This document shows positions 50,751 through 64,000 of a DNA stretch of 64,000 nt, piece by piece. Both the position numbers and the translations under genes were made by a program. Every line of letters begins with the position of its first letter. The first letter of the stretch is position 1. The notes beneath the pieces are model-generated. The model was given only the letters and a program-made list of their open reading frames with translations. It searched no databases and had not been told where the DNA came from. This stretch comes from Eledone cirrhosa (taxonomy: Eukaryota): assembly GCA_964016885.1 (NCBI GenBank), contig OZ024743.1:249612001-249676000 (forward strand), given 5' to 3'.

Positions 50751-51145
50751 GCTTTCTTTATTAACCACAAGGGTTTACACAAAGTAGACATTAAGGACAG
50801 TACAGGACAATACAGAACGGTACAAATGGGCATTTCTGCGTGTAAAAAAAACAAAAAACAGAGGATGTAATAAAAGAACAATGAAAAATTCCCCAATAGG
50901 GGGGAGACCTCCGAGGGCCATCATGGAGAAAGCCCATTAAAAAAAGCCATGGTGACCCTGACCACCAGGGCAAGTGTCCTTGCCCAGTTTTCCACCTTCA
51001 ATTTACAGGCATATACTCAGAGTAGGTCCATTCACTCGGGCCATTCTTGCCTCTCTCACCAATCTTTCAACAAAAAGCTGGGAAGAGAGCACTTCCCTCT
51101 CTACCCTGATTTTCCTTTTCATATGAAATTTGAAAAATTTAATCA
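50751..51145 (-). mobile_element. Tx1/L1-like LINE 3' end
   Basis: Homologous to 56581-57000; minus frame reads ..FHMKRKIRVER.. Confidence 0.65.
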
Positions 51146-52400
51146 GGGCATCACCGAGAGGTAAGTGCTCGTCAATCCAATTTGAACTTGCTTACAAGAC
51201 TACCATCATTGGACTGGCCAAATACCTTGAAACAACTAACGACTGTATGCTGAAACTTGTTGAAAAGCATGAGAGAAGTAAGAAGCTTCATTCTATCTTG
51301 AAGGAGAGCAAAAAATATGCTACTGATCTCATGCTTGATACCCAGGCTGGACAGACTAAAGAAACTGTTGCAACTGATACTGCTAGGCACATAAAATCAC
51401 TGGCAAAAGCAAAAGGGCAAGGACAATTAGTATCAAATTGGGAGCAGAAATCTCTGCATGGTAAATATGTGGCCCGTAGCAAACAAGCTTATGTTGACCA
51501 AAAGCACACCCATCAGTGGCTACGTAGTTCAGGGCTAAAGGCGGAGAGTGAAGGCTTCATCTTAGCTGCCCAAGATCAAAGCTTATTGACTCGTAATTAC
51601 CAGGCCAATGTGATGAGAAACGGAATAAACCCAAAGTGCCGATTCTGCAATGCTGACGTTGAAACAGTGGATCACTTACTTTCTGGATGTAAAGTTTTAG
51701 CACCAGTAGAATACAAATATAGACATGACAGAGTTGGCCAATATCTACACTGGGTAATATGTCGGCATTACAAAATCAAAGCTGAAGACAAGTGGTACAA
51801 TCATCACCCTGAGGTTGTGACTGAAGGAGAAAAAGTAACAATTCTCTGGGACTTTCCTGTACATACTGACAGGACCATAAAAGCAAATAGACTAGATATC
51901 ATTTTAAAAGATCAACATAACAAGGTCTGTTTATTGATAGATATGAGCATCCCATGTGATCACAATATAGCGGTAAAAGAATTTGACAAGCTACGAAAAT
52001 ATAAAGATCTGCCTATTGAAATTGAGAAAATGTGGCACCTCATGTGGCCGTTACAATACCAGTGATTGTGGGAGGAGTGGGAATGATCAAGAAAGGAACA
52101 GAACAATATTTGCGAATGCTTCCTGGTTTACCCTCTCTGCACGAGGTGCAAAAAATTGTTTTGACTGGTACTGCACACGTATTGAGAAGAGCACTGTCTC
52201 TCTAAGATTGATATCACTCCTTGTATTTACATATGCACATGTGTATATATGTATACTGTTTTTTTTTATGTTTTTTTTTATTATAATCAATGTGCTGTAT
52301 TAACTGGCTTACCAATGCACACTGTGAATTTATTTGCCCTAGGTGTCAGGAAGACACTCGGCATATATCTCAGAAACAATAATGAAAGAAAATAAAAATA
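51146..52400 (+). mobile_element. R4/Dong-clade LINE, 3' part (CCHC finger + restriction-like endonuclease)
   Basis: LKAESEGFILAAQDQ, CRFC..ETVDHLLSGC, RHDRV, LWDFPVHTD..NRLDI, KLRKY; AAT-rich tail. Confidence 0.88.
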
Positions 52401-52413
52401 ACAATAATAATAA

Positions 52414-52925
52414 TAATTGTTTCTACTTTAGGCACAAGGCCAGCAAATTACCCAGTGCATTACTGGTACTTTATTTTATCGACCCCGTAAGGATGAAAGG
52501 CAAAGTCAACCTCGGCGGGATTTGAACTCAGATCGTAAAGGGACGTAACTATGCTGGAAAGCATGGCGTCCGACCCTCTACCGATACTGCCAATCCACCA
52601 CAACAATAATAATAATAATAATGTTGATGCTGACGATAATAATAATTGTTTCTACTTTTGGCACAAGGCCAGCAATTATTCCAGTGTATTACTGGTACTT
52701 TATTTTATCGACCCCGTAAGGATGAAAGGCAAAGTTAACCTCGGTGGGATTTGAACTCAGACCATAAAGTGCCGTAACTCTTTGCTGCAAAGCATGGTGT
52801 CAGACCCTCTACCGATACTGCCAATCCACCAACTTATAAACAGGATTCACATTAGGAAAACATTAAAAACAGCACAAAAAATAATTGTTTCTACCTTTGG
52901 CACAAGGCCAGCAATTATCCAGTAC
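52414..52925 (-). mobile_element. Cluster of two full and one partial tRNA-type SINEs separated by (AAT)n
   Basis: Same family as 50530-50719. Confidence 0.85.
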
Positions 52926-53049
52926 AAAAACAGCACAAAAAATAATGATAGATAAATGTCACATAAATCGCCCTAAAACTTATTTTTATTTTTTATTTTT
53001 TATTTTTTATTTTTTATTTATTTATTTATTTATTTATTTTTTTTCGTTC

Positions 53050-56000
53050 ACAACGTGATGGTGTCACGCTAAAAACACCGGTGGTGATGTAACCATAAAT
53101 AAAACACTTTGAATAACGGTGAAAAGGAGACTGGAACGTCATGTGAAAAACTCTCACCCAGCAAGTGCTCCCTGGCCCAGCAGCAGGGACCTGGATGTCA
53201 TCCAAATACTGCTGGTGTTGGAGGAAGAAGAAGAAATGGGACAAGAACCAACTGGACAAAAGAATTGAATAGAACTGTCATGGAATGTTACATGAAGAGT
53301 AACCCCAAGGAAAAAGGCTATAGGAAACGGATGCATAACATCTGGAACGAGATTGCTCTATTTAAATTAGATGAACAAAAATTGGCCGGGCAGGCTCGGG
53401 TAATAAGAACTAATGGATGGATAAGCGAGTTGGAACTGGAGGAACTGAGCAGAGAGATTAAGTTGGAAATGGAGAGTGGAGTATATCAGGCAAATGAGCC
53501 AGTGGGAAATGAAGGTGAAGAAGTTGAGAGACCTGAGAAAGCAACCGAAGCAGACAATGATCTGAATGCTGAAATAAATAACATCTGGAACAAAGATATG
53601 GCCATTGAGGAAATGAATACTGACGGGCTAGGGCAAGATTTGGTTGATATTCCGAACTTAGTGGTAGATGAAATGAACAATGATAGTGGAAAGCCTATGA
53701 ACCTAAGATTTGTAGACAGAAAAAGTTAAAAGAAACAACAGCTAAGGTAAACAAGGTCATCCCACACCTTGATGCGAGGAACCTTCACCAATGCAACAAT
53801 ATCCTAAAAGCAACCGCAAATGTGGTGAAAACATTACTTGGTATAAAAATGAGGGGAAACAACAAACAAGAAAGATCAGAACCTTGGTGGAAGAAACGAC
53901 TGAATGGTCAAATCAAGGAAACGAGAAAAGACATTGGAAAGCTTGAGTCTTTACTGAATGGGACATTACAAAACATAGACACTAAAGTTAGATTGAAAAT
54001 AAAATACAAAACTAGGGAAAAAGAGCTAAATGTTATCATAGAGGAACTGGAGCAAAAAGTGCAAAGATTAAGTGGTATGAGATCAGAGTTAGTCAGTATA
54101 GACAGAACCGCATGTTTGACAACAACCAGAAGATGTTGTTTGGACAGCTTGAAGGGAAAGAAAGAGGTAACAAAGTGATCCCTGAGGCTGAACAGACTAA
54201 GACATTCTGGAGAGGAATATGGGAGCAGGATGTTGAACATAATAGTCAGGCAGTGTGGATTGAGACAGTTCAAAAGGAGATTAGTGAACAAGCACACCAA
54301 CAACCTGATTTGAGTATCACAGTTGAAACTCTTAAAGGGCAGGCCAAAAAACTAATGAACTGAAAATCACCAGGCCCAGATGGTGTGCAAGGATATTGGA
54401 TTAAAAATATAACATCCCTCCACCCAAAACTGACAGCCATGTTCAATGATTGCTTGATGTCGGGTGAAGTACCAGAGTGGTTGACAAAAGGTACCACGGT
54501 TCTGGTAATGAAAGACCGAATCAAGGGTAATGAGGTTACCAACAATAGGCCTATCACATGTCTGTCTGTAATGTGGAAACTGTTAACAAGCATTGTATCT
54601 GAGGAAATTTACTATCACCTCCACATAAACAACTTGTTACCGGACGAACAGAAAGGATGCCGAAAGAAGTCCCGTGGTACAAAAGACCAGTTACTTATTG
54701 ATAAGATGATAATGAGGAATTGCAAGAGGAGGCACACTGGTCTTGCCATGGGATGGATAGATTACAAAAAGGCATTCGACATGGTACCTCATTATTGGAT
54801 AACAAAAAACTTAGAGATCTTCAAGGTGGCAGACAACATCAGACAGCTATTAAGTAACAGTATGAAGTCCTGGGAAACAGAGCTAACATCAGGTGGAGAA
54901 TCCTTGGGAGGCATGAAGATCAAGAGAAGTATCTTCCAGGGAGATAGTTTGTCCCCTTTGTTGTTTGTCCTTACCCTCATACCCTTGTCCGTCATATTGC
55001 GAAAAGTGAGAGCAGGATACAAGCTTGGAAGAGGAGAGCTTACCATCAACCACCTCCCATTCATGGACGATCTTAAACTCTTTGGGAAGAGTGAGAAGGA
55101 GTTGGATGTACTTGTTGACACTGTCTATATTTTCAGCAATGATATATGTATGGAATTTGGTGTTAATAAGTGTGGAGTCCTAGTGATGAAGAGGGGCAAA
55201 TTAAGCAGAAGCAATGGAATCCAGGTACCAACAGGTGAGATGATAAAGGAAATTGACACTGAAGAGGGATACAAATATTTAGGTGTTCTGGAGGCAGATG
55301 ACATCAAGAACAAAAAATGAAGGAATTGATAAGATCTGAATACATAAGGAAAGAAGAGTAAGGAACATACTAAAATCACATCTAAATAGTAGGAATGTCA
55401 TAAGTGCAGTAAATTCTCGAGCTGTGTCTATTATTAGGTACAGTGCGGCAATTCTGAAATGGAATGTTGCTGAACAAAAAGAAATGGATAGGAACACTAG
55501 GAAGCTATTGACTATCTACAACATGTTCCACAAGAGGAGTGATGTTGATCGACTCTACTTAAAGAGATCTGAAGGTGGAAGAGGTCTTATCAGCATAGCG
55601 GACTGTGTTCAAATGGAGAAAAACAGTCTGCACAAATATGTGGCTGACAGTAAGGAGCCAATGCTCGAAATTGTACTGAAGGAGGAGACAATAGACCAGG
55701 GGATGTCCAAGGAAGAAATAACAACAAGGAGGAAGAGCAACCTTCATGAAAAATCCCTTCATAGCACCTTCTTTAAGAAAACGGAATTCAGAGATCCACA
55801 GACATGGAACTGGTTAAAAAGAGGAAACCTTAAAAAAGCTTCAGAAGGAATGCTAATGGCTGCGCAAGAGAACGAAGTAGGTGAAACGCCATATTGACAA
55901 GGAGGAGGCTAGCTCACTGTGTAGGATCTGTGGAGAGAGAGAGGAGACTGTGACTCACATTGTATCCGAGTGTAAACACCTAGCCCAGACTCACTATAAA

Positions 56001-56580
56001 GGCTAGAGACATGATGTGATAGGCAGGGTGATCCACTGGCACCTATGCAAAGTAAACAATTTACCACATTCTGAGAAGTGGTATGAGCATAAGCCAGGGT
56101 CGCTGATAGAAAACGATCAGGTGAAGGTGCTATAGGATTTTAGGATATAGACGGACAAGAAATTAGAACACAATAGGTCTGACCTGGTGATTTTTGACAA
56201 GGAAAAAAGATTGTGCCTGATTGTAGACGTAGCCTGCCCCTTTGACACGAGAGTGCAAGAAAAGGAGAGGGAGAAAATTAACCGATACCAGGATTTAAAG
56301 TGGGAGTTAAAAAGGATTTGGAACTGCCATGAAATCAAGGTTGTCTCGATTGTCATAGGAGCACTAGGTACTATCTCAAAGAGTTTCCAAGGATGGTTAA
56401 AGAAGATTAGTCCAGCCCCGTTTTTTGGAACACTTCAAAAGGCATGCTTGTTGGGAACAGCAAGAACCCTCCGGTACGTCCTGAATGTCTGAGGCTGCAG
56501 GCTTGATATTCATTTCAACAAACTTTCCAGTTAAATAACATCAATGACTGAGACTCAAATAATAATAATAATAATAATAA
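53050..56580 (+). mobile_element. Near full-length R4/Dong-clade LINE with frameshifts and stops, (TAA)n tail
   Basis: WTKELNRTVMECY, PWWKKRL, KSPGPDG, NRPITCL, WIDYKKAFD, FQGDSLSPLLF, FMDDLK, GGRGL, CRIC..HIVSEC, RHD, VDVACPFD. Confidence 0.92.
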
Positions 56581-57720
56581 TGGTTTCTTTATTGGCCATA
56601 AGGGCTAACATGAAGAAACACATTAGAGACGGCACAGAACAGTACAGGACGATACAAAGTGGGTTTTGGTCGTGTAAACAGGTTTATAACAAGATAGAAA
56701 TCGGGAGAGAAATTAAAAAAAATTCAAACAAAAATCCCCCAAAAGGGGTAAACCTCCGAGGGTCACTCGTGGCGAAAACCACACAAAAGACCACGACCAC
56801 CCTGACCACCAGAGCAAGCGCCCTCTCTCAGTTTTCCCACTCTTCAGTCTACAGGTGCATACTCAGAGCGGGCCTGTTCACTCGGACCAGACTCGCCACT
56901 TTCACCCACCTTTCAACAAACTTACTAGAAGACAGCACTTGCCTCTCCACCCTGATTTTCCTCTTCAAGTGAAACTTTAAAAAGTTAATCAGGGATTAGC
57001 CGGAGAGGAAAGTGACCATCTTCAACCCTTTCAACCTTGTCCACCACACAATCTCTTTCGCCATGGCCACCAGGCAGATGAAACTTGGCTGCCCTTCCTC
57101 CTCTTTAAAGGAGGATGGCGCGGCTATCTGCACAATGGACTCAGTCGATAACCGGATCCGTCTACATGCCACAGCAGCTGTTCGACATAGCTCCACAAGT
57201 CAGCAATCCTCGGGCACTGAACGAGTGTGTGCGGGATGGTTTCGTCGCCCTGCGCACATCTCGGACAGGCTCGGATGACAGCACCTCCGTGCCTGTAGAG
57301 CTTTTCCCAAACCGGCAATGCTCCCCAGTAGCACTGCCAGGCCAGGGATTTCTAGAAGTTGTCCATAGGCCCCAGTCTGAAAGTTCTCTTGAAGAGAGCT
57401 GGTAGAGGGCGGTGAGTGCTTGGAGACATTCCAGCTTCCAAGCGCTATCCCTCGGACTTTTTTTTATCCAGGACTGCATCTCCGTTAAGGAGATGAGCTG
57501 GGGAAAAGCGCGTCTGGCAAACGGCGACCACACCTGTTCACCGTCAAGGAAGCACCAGAGATGTCGCAGCCTCAGCGCATGTTTGCGCATCATCAACCAC
57601 GGCATGCCTAGTCCTCCACGCAACGGGTGTTGACAGCAAATGGATCATCTGACCATGGGAGACGTCCCTTCCACAAAAAGCGGAAGAGAAGAGGGTGTTG
57701 CTGCATGTCTCCTTGCAGCC
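56581..57720 (-). mobile_element. Tx1/L1-like LINE 3' portion
   Basis: GGLGMPW..ALRLRHLW and CPRCAQGDETIPHTLVQC (CCHC); ends at the (AAT)n tract. Confidence 0.8.
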
Positions 57721-58123
57721 TTTACTCCTCTTTGTTTGCTTTCGCTTTTGGAGGATGAAGCTAAGGGTTTTTTTTTTTTTGTTTTTTTGTGGCAGACCGT
57801 TTGCCACTTCCCTCCCGCCTCATACTCCATGTCGGATTCCGTGGCGCCTGGGAGGGGTATGAGCTCCACTGTTGTTGGTGATGGTATTGGAGCCACATAC
57901 AGTTGAAAATTGCAAACTTGACTGTCATCACAGAATATGAACCTGAAGATTGCGAAAGCATGAAAGTACTTGTTCAATTAACACTTAACATTTAATATTC
58001 TACCATACTATTTCATTCTAATACCATTATAAATTTTAAAGGATTGTAAATAAAACGAGTAAATCAGACAAAGTTGGAATTCCTTTTATTAATATAATCT
58101 TCTATACACAATCATACACACCC

Positions 58124-58215
<92 letters not shown>

Positions 58216-58629
58216 AAAATACGGTGAATAATAATAATATTAATTGTTATTGTATCTCAAGTTTCTCAAAATGTTTAGTCCAAATATTAAGGAAGAGTGT
58301 CAACATGTATATTAAATATAAGTAACAAACCACATAGCTACTGAACAGAACACGGACAAAAAATAACTAACAAAAAGAACAAACAAACACATCACATTGT
58401 AATGACTATAAAATTTAGCCGAGACAAACCAACAGCAACAACAACACCTACAGTACCACTACGCCATCACCACCGCCACCACTACTCCTTTGCCACCACC
58501 ACTACTCCCCCACAACTTTCTGTTAACTCGACATTGCCCTAAATACTGAAAGAATTTCTTTATTGTAAAAAAATGCAAGTGTCTTTTGTTAAGAATTATG
58601 TAAGAGCATTATATTGAACCCTAACATAT

Positions 58630-58848
58630 AATGGTTTCTTATATAGGCACAAGGCCAGTAATTTGGGGGGAGGGGAAAGTCGATTAAATCGACCCCAGTG
58701 CGTGACTGGTACTTTATTTTATCGACCCAATAAGGATGAAAGGCAAAGTTAACCTCGGCGGGATTTGAGCTCAGATCATAAAGAGTCGTAACTCTATGCT
58801 GCAAAGCATGGCGTCCGACCCTCTACCGATACTGCCAATCCACCGCCC
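58630..58848 (-). mobile_element. Full-length tRNA-type SINE with ~17 bp target-site duplication
   Basis: Same SINE family; gaaccctaacatataat flanks both ends (58616 and 58849). Confidence 0.85.
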
Positions 58849-58921
58849 GAACCCTAACATATAATAATACATAAAGGAATCACAGATACAAGGTTCTAAA
58901 AACCTTCGCTAAGTACAAACC

Positions 58922-59620
58922 ACTACCTCCCTACGGACAACTGACGTTGCACACCAGGTCCGAACTCCCACTGGCATGGCTTCCATCTATCTCGCCCTCC
59001 CCATCTCTCTGTATTATGAGCAAATGGGGTCCCACATGCTGGCTGCCCTACCGCCCCGGCAGAATGGAGAAGGCGTTTCCATGGAGAATGGTAAGGGAGA
59101 TGCGCTGGAAAAACCATTTGATCTCGCGAGGCTCACACCTGCAGCTAGCCAGCTCAGCGCCTATAGTGGTAAGTAGGGAAGTAGCCCTAGGGCCAAGGAC
59201 ACCAGAAGTCTCCACTGCTAGGAGCATGACCGCAAACCTGTCGGAGAACAACCGGTACTTGGAAAGTTTGCCCTCCAGGTATCAAAAGTTGAGAGGGGCT
59301 GTGATACTCTAGGCAATGTGGTCTATACCAAGAGCAAATAGGAGGGGACCCAAAGGGTCACCTTGCTGGACCCCAGTGGCTGAAGGTATGACCATATCAG
59401 CAGCAAGGAGCATTCTCGGGGCTCCATATAACAGGTAGGCCAGTGGATAGGCAGAAGGGGCTTGGCTGAGGTAGGCATCGGGCAGATGGTCATGACGTAG
59501 GCAGTTGAAGGCATTCCTCGTGTCAAGCTTAACAATGGGGTGCCTGGAGTCCCTGGATGCCGGTTCTGGTGGGTAACTATTGAAGAACTGCCTGGTTGCA
59601 TGTGCAGGCCCCCTCAACTT
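58922..59620 (-). mobile_element. CRE-clade LINE fragment, internally deleted (RT piece fused to RLE piece)
   Basis: VKLDTRNAFN, GVQQGDPLGPLLFALGI, LAVETSGVLGP, WFFQRISLTILHGNA. Confidence 0.8.
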
Positions 59621-60002
59621 AAGAAAAGACAATATAAAATTTGCTGAGGAGAGGGAAGGTAGCAGTAACACTAGAAAAGACTAGAAAGGAAGAATCTTCA
59701 AAAAGATATACATAGACTGACATAGTGACCCGATCAAAATGAAATTTTGAACATATTAACATTAACAGCTATAATGGCACCCATCTCCCCCACCGACAAT
59801 AGAAATCGCCCTCCCCCTCCTGAAAAGTCAATCCTCAATATATTTTTAGACTAAAGTCAACGACCTTGCAACTTGCTATCAAACTTCCTTCTTGCTGTGT
59901 TGAATGTGTGTAGGTATATATCTATCTATCTATCTAAGGCGGGTAAAATTCCCGAGATCCATGGACGAGTTCTCTCCAGCGGTCTCTGTCCCTCATTATC
60001 GC

Positions 60003-60370
<368 letters not shown>

Positions 60371-60373
<3 letters not shown>

Positions 60374-60516
60374 TGCATATGTATTTCTCCCTACCTGTTA
60401 GTTTGCCTGCTATCCCACTACATCTCTTGTGTACGTATATATATATATATACGTACACAAGAGATGTAGTGGGATAGCAGGCAAACTAACAGGTAGGGAG
60501 AAATACATATGCAGTA
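60371..60516. repeat. Perfect inverted duplication of the 5' end of the downstream LINE fragment around a (TA)n centre
   Basis: 60371-60435 is the reverse complement of 60452-60516. Confidence 0.9.
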
Positions 60517-61193
60517 AATATACAGGGAAATTAGACAGTAGAAGTCGCATTGATAGACAATTTTTCAAATGCAGGCGGGTGATATAGAAGTGGTGGATAG
60601 CTTTCGGTACCTAGGAGATCAGATTAGCATGGGAGGAGGGTGTTCCGAGGCCATAGTATCTAGAATAAGGATGGGTTGGAAGAACTTTAGGGAGATGCTT
60701 CCTCTGCTGACGAAGAAGGGTTTCTCCCTGCGTACGAAAGGCCAGTTATATGATGCCTGTGTGAGGAGCGCGCTGCTGCATGGTAGTGAGACATGGGCAG
60801 AAACTGCAGAGGATATGCGACGGCTGGAGAGAAATGAGGCAAGCATGCTCCGTTGGATGTGCAAAGTAAATGTGCGTGAACGACCCAGCATGAATGTGTT
60901 GAGAGAGAAATTGTGTCTTGGAGGGATAGAATGTAGTGTGCGAAAGAGGAGACTGCGGTGGTATGGACATGTGATGCGCATGGGGGATGACCGATGGGTG
61001 AAGAAGTGCCAGGAAATGCCAGTTGAAGGAAGATGTGGTAGAGGTAGACCACGAAAAACATGGGCGGAGGTGGTGAGAACTGACCTCAGATCGCTGAAGC
61101 TCACGGTGGAGATGACGAAGGACCGTGACAAGTGGAGAGATGCTGTGCTGAATAAGACCCGTCCCACCCTTGCAAGCAGGGAAAAGCGGAAGT

Positions 61194-61222
<29 letters not shown>
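60451..61222 (+). mobile_element. 5'-truncated RTE-type LINE with (GAT)n tail
   Basis: VHKRCSGI..YICS, EVVDSFRYLGD, LLHGSETW, RRLRWYGHVMR, GRGRPRKTW. Confidence 0.88.
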
Positions 61223-61225
<3 letters not shown>

Positions 61226-61429
61226 TATGTATTTATATATGTGTATGAAACTCACGCAAAAGCCACAACAAATGAAAAACTACTATCACCCCATTTACAC
61301 CTCACACTCAACAACAAGAAAACTATAAAATTACAAAATAGAACATAATGTTGGAGAAGCAACTCCAATAAGCTACAATGCCACCTTCCCCACTATCACT
61401 CCCAGCATCCCCACCCCAAAAGAAAAATA

Positions 61430-61960
61430 TAAAAGGATGACATGGACCTGAGAAGAGTATAAAGTATACTATGCACTAAGTAAGCCATCGCAAGACACAC
61501 ACTGCAAACTCTTACACAATCTGGAAAATACGGAATCATGATAATAGACTTTATCTGGATGAAAATAAGTTAGCAAATGTTAGGAGGGATATCTTCAGAA
61601 ATAATAGACTCACAGATACTGAAATAACAGAGCTCAAGCATGTTGTGGAGAATGATATAAATATAAGTCATGAAAGAACTGAAGAATCTCTTGGAGATAG
61701 TAACTAGTCTCAAGTCTTTACCGAGAGACCACCAAATAGGTGTGTAGAAATGAGAAGTCCTATTGAACCTGCTGAAAATAGCCAGGAATGGGGTATAGAA
61801 ACTACTTGAAGACCAAGCTTTTGCTGAAGAACACAGAGAGTCTATGAAGGAATTGAAACAGAAAATACTGAATAAGCTTGCAGTTGTAAGACATACTAGT
61901 ATAAATAATAGCGAACCACTACAAAAACTCCTAAATACAATACAAAATAAAAAAACAAAA
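61430..61960 (+). mobile_element. Decayed R4/Dong N-terminal fragment
   Basis: KLANVRRDIFRNNRLTDTEI resembles KLAGQARVIRTNGWISELEL at 53.4 kb. Confidence 0.55.
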
Positions 61961-61961
61961 A

Positions 61962-62133
61962 AATAATTGTTTCTACATTTGGCACAAGGCCAGCAATTAT
62001 CCAGTACATTACTGGTACTTTATTTTATCGACCCTGTAAGGATGAAAGGCAAAGTTAACCTCGGCGGAATTTGAACTCAGACCGTAAAGGGAAGTAACTA
62101 TGCTAGAAAGCGTGGCGTCCAACCCCCTACCGA
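61962..62133 (-). mobile_element. tRNA-type SINE
   Basis: Same family as 50530-50719. Confidence 0.8.
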
Positions 62134-62548
62134 TGATTGGTACATCTGTAACAAAAGAAATCATAGAAGGATTAGAACCTGATTTTTTGCTCATTGGACT
62201 TCGGGGAAATGTTCTGACAAAAGCTGTGGAAGCTACAGAAATATTCCATATATTTTTCCAGAGCAATCTCTATTTACATTTTACATTTTACGCTTACTTG
62301 CACCCCCATTGCAAAATGGCTATAAATTCAAATTTTGAAAAGAGAGGAAACGGGACAAGTGAACTATGAACTTGATACATCTCACTGCCCCCCGCCACCA
62401 CAATAACGTCTACACTCGCTCCCTACCACCACCACCACATTTACATAAGTCATTACCCTATCTGCTCTAAGGTGACTGACCTGTTGTCAAACTCCTTTCT
62501 CTATTTTTGAATGTTTGTGTGTGTGTATATATATACGTATATATATAT

Positions 62549-63079
62549 GTCAGGTCATCAGTTGGTGCTACTAGTAACATGTATCCCAGTACAACCTGTC
62601 TCATGGTCGGGTCGTTGGCGACTAAACTGGCAACCCCACTAAGGTTTCTTGGTGAGGAGGGTAACTTTGGACATCCTGCAGGACTAAAAACAAAACCTGT
62701 CAAAGGAGCTCTTAAGAGTCAATGGCCATCCAAAATCACCGGGAGAGATGACCCCTTAGCCTTTGTCAAGGCAGAATTCTAGGAGAAGGAAAACTCTGAT
62801 TTAACACCTGCAACCCTGATGGTATCCAATGATGTTGACTTGTTCTTCTTTTTGGTAAATATCATCTTGGTTAAGAGAGTGGGACTGGCTTTGTGCAGTG
62901 CCTTTGCTCACTATAAAAGCTTCACGGCACAGGCATTGCTTTATATCTGGAGATCTCTCTGCACTTGTCATCACATGGTACCATGGGCCCAGCACTATGT
63001 GTCAATAATTGTCACAGGTGTAGTGTTTGAACCAGAGTTTTCAAGTTGCTGGCTGAACTAAAAAGTCACACTCGTTCAG
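62549..63079 (+). mobile_element. Solo, 3'-truncated copy of the RTE-derived unit of the 1-5918 array
   Basis: Same 5' start (gtcaggtca) and high identity; lacks the final ~85 bp and the TATG tail. Confidence 0.9.

Positions 63080-64000
<921 letters not shown>

Overview
Eukaryotic, AT/microsatellite-rich, almost entirely repeat-derived window. The SINE family and microsatellite content resemble octopus/cephalopod DNA; this is inferred, not verified. There is no intact host gene, only a probable SLC22-like exon fragment. The window holds decayed LINEs (RTE, R4/Dong, Tx1, CRE), a Penelope-like element (RT + GIY-YIG), hAT and mariner transposase remnants, Helitron pieces (one with a USP/C19 peptidase domain), tRNA-type SINEs and a tandem array of a bipartite RTE-derived element. 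The main signal is a set of unrelated non-coding units of about 743, 485 and 467 bp (plus a solo element of about 490 bp), each carrying a type I hammerhead ribozyme; stem III is a short palindrome in the three array families. All sit in or beside (TA)n tracts. Two form near-perfect inverted concatemers with the same polarity: antisense arm on the left, sense arm on the right. One inversion junction falls at the predicted ribozyme cleavage site; the other abuts the phase of the opposite arm's outer end. The Penelope-like element and a small hammerhead-half palindrome show the same geometry. This suggests retrozyme-like RNAs inserted by twin-primed, multi-round reverse transcription into TA repeats. 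All structures were read by eye and no searches were run.
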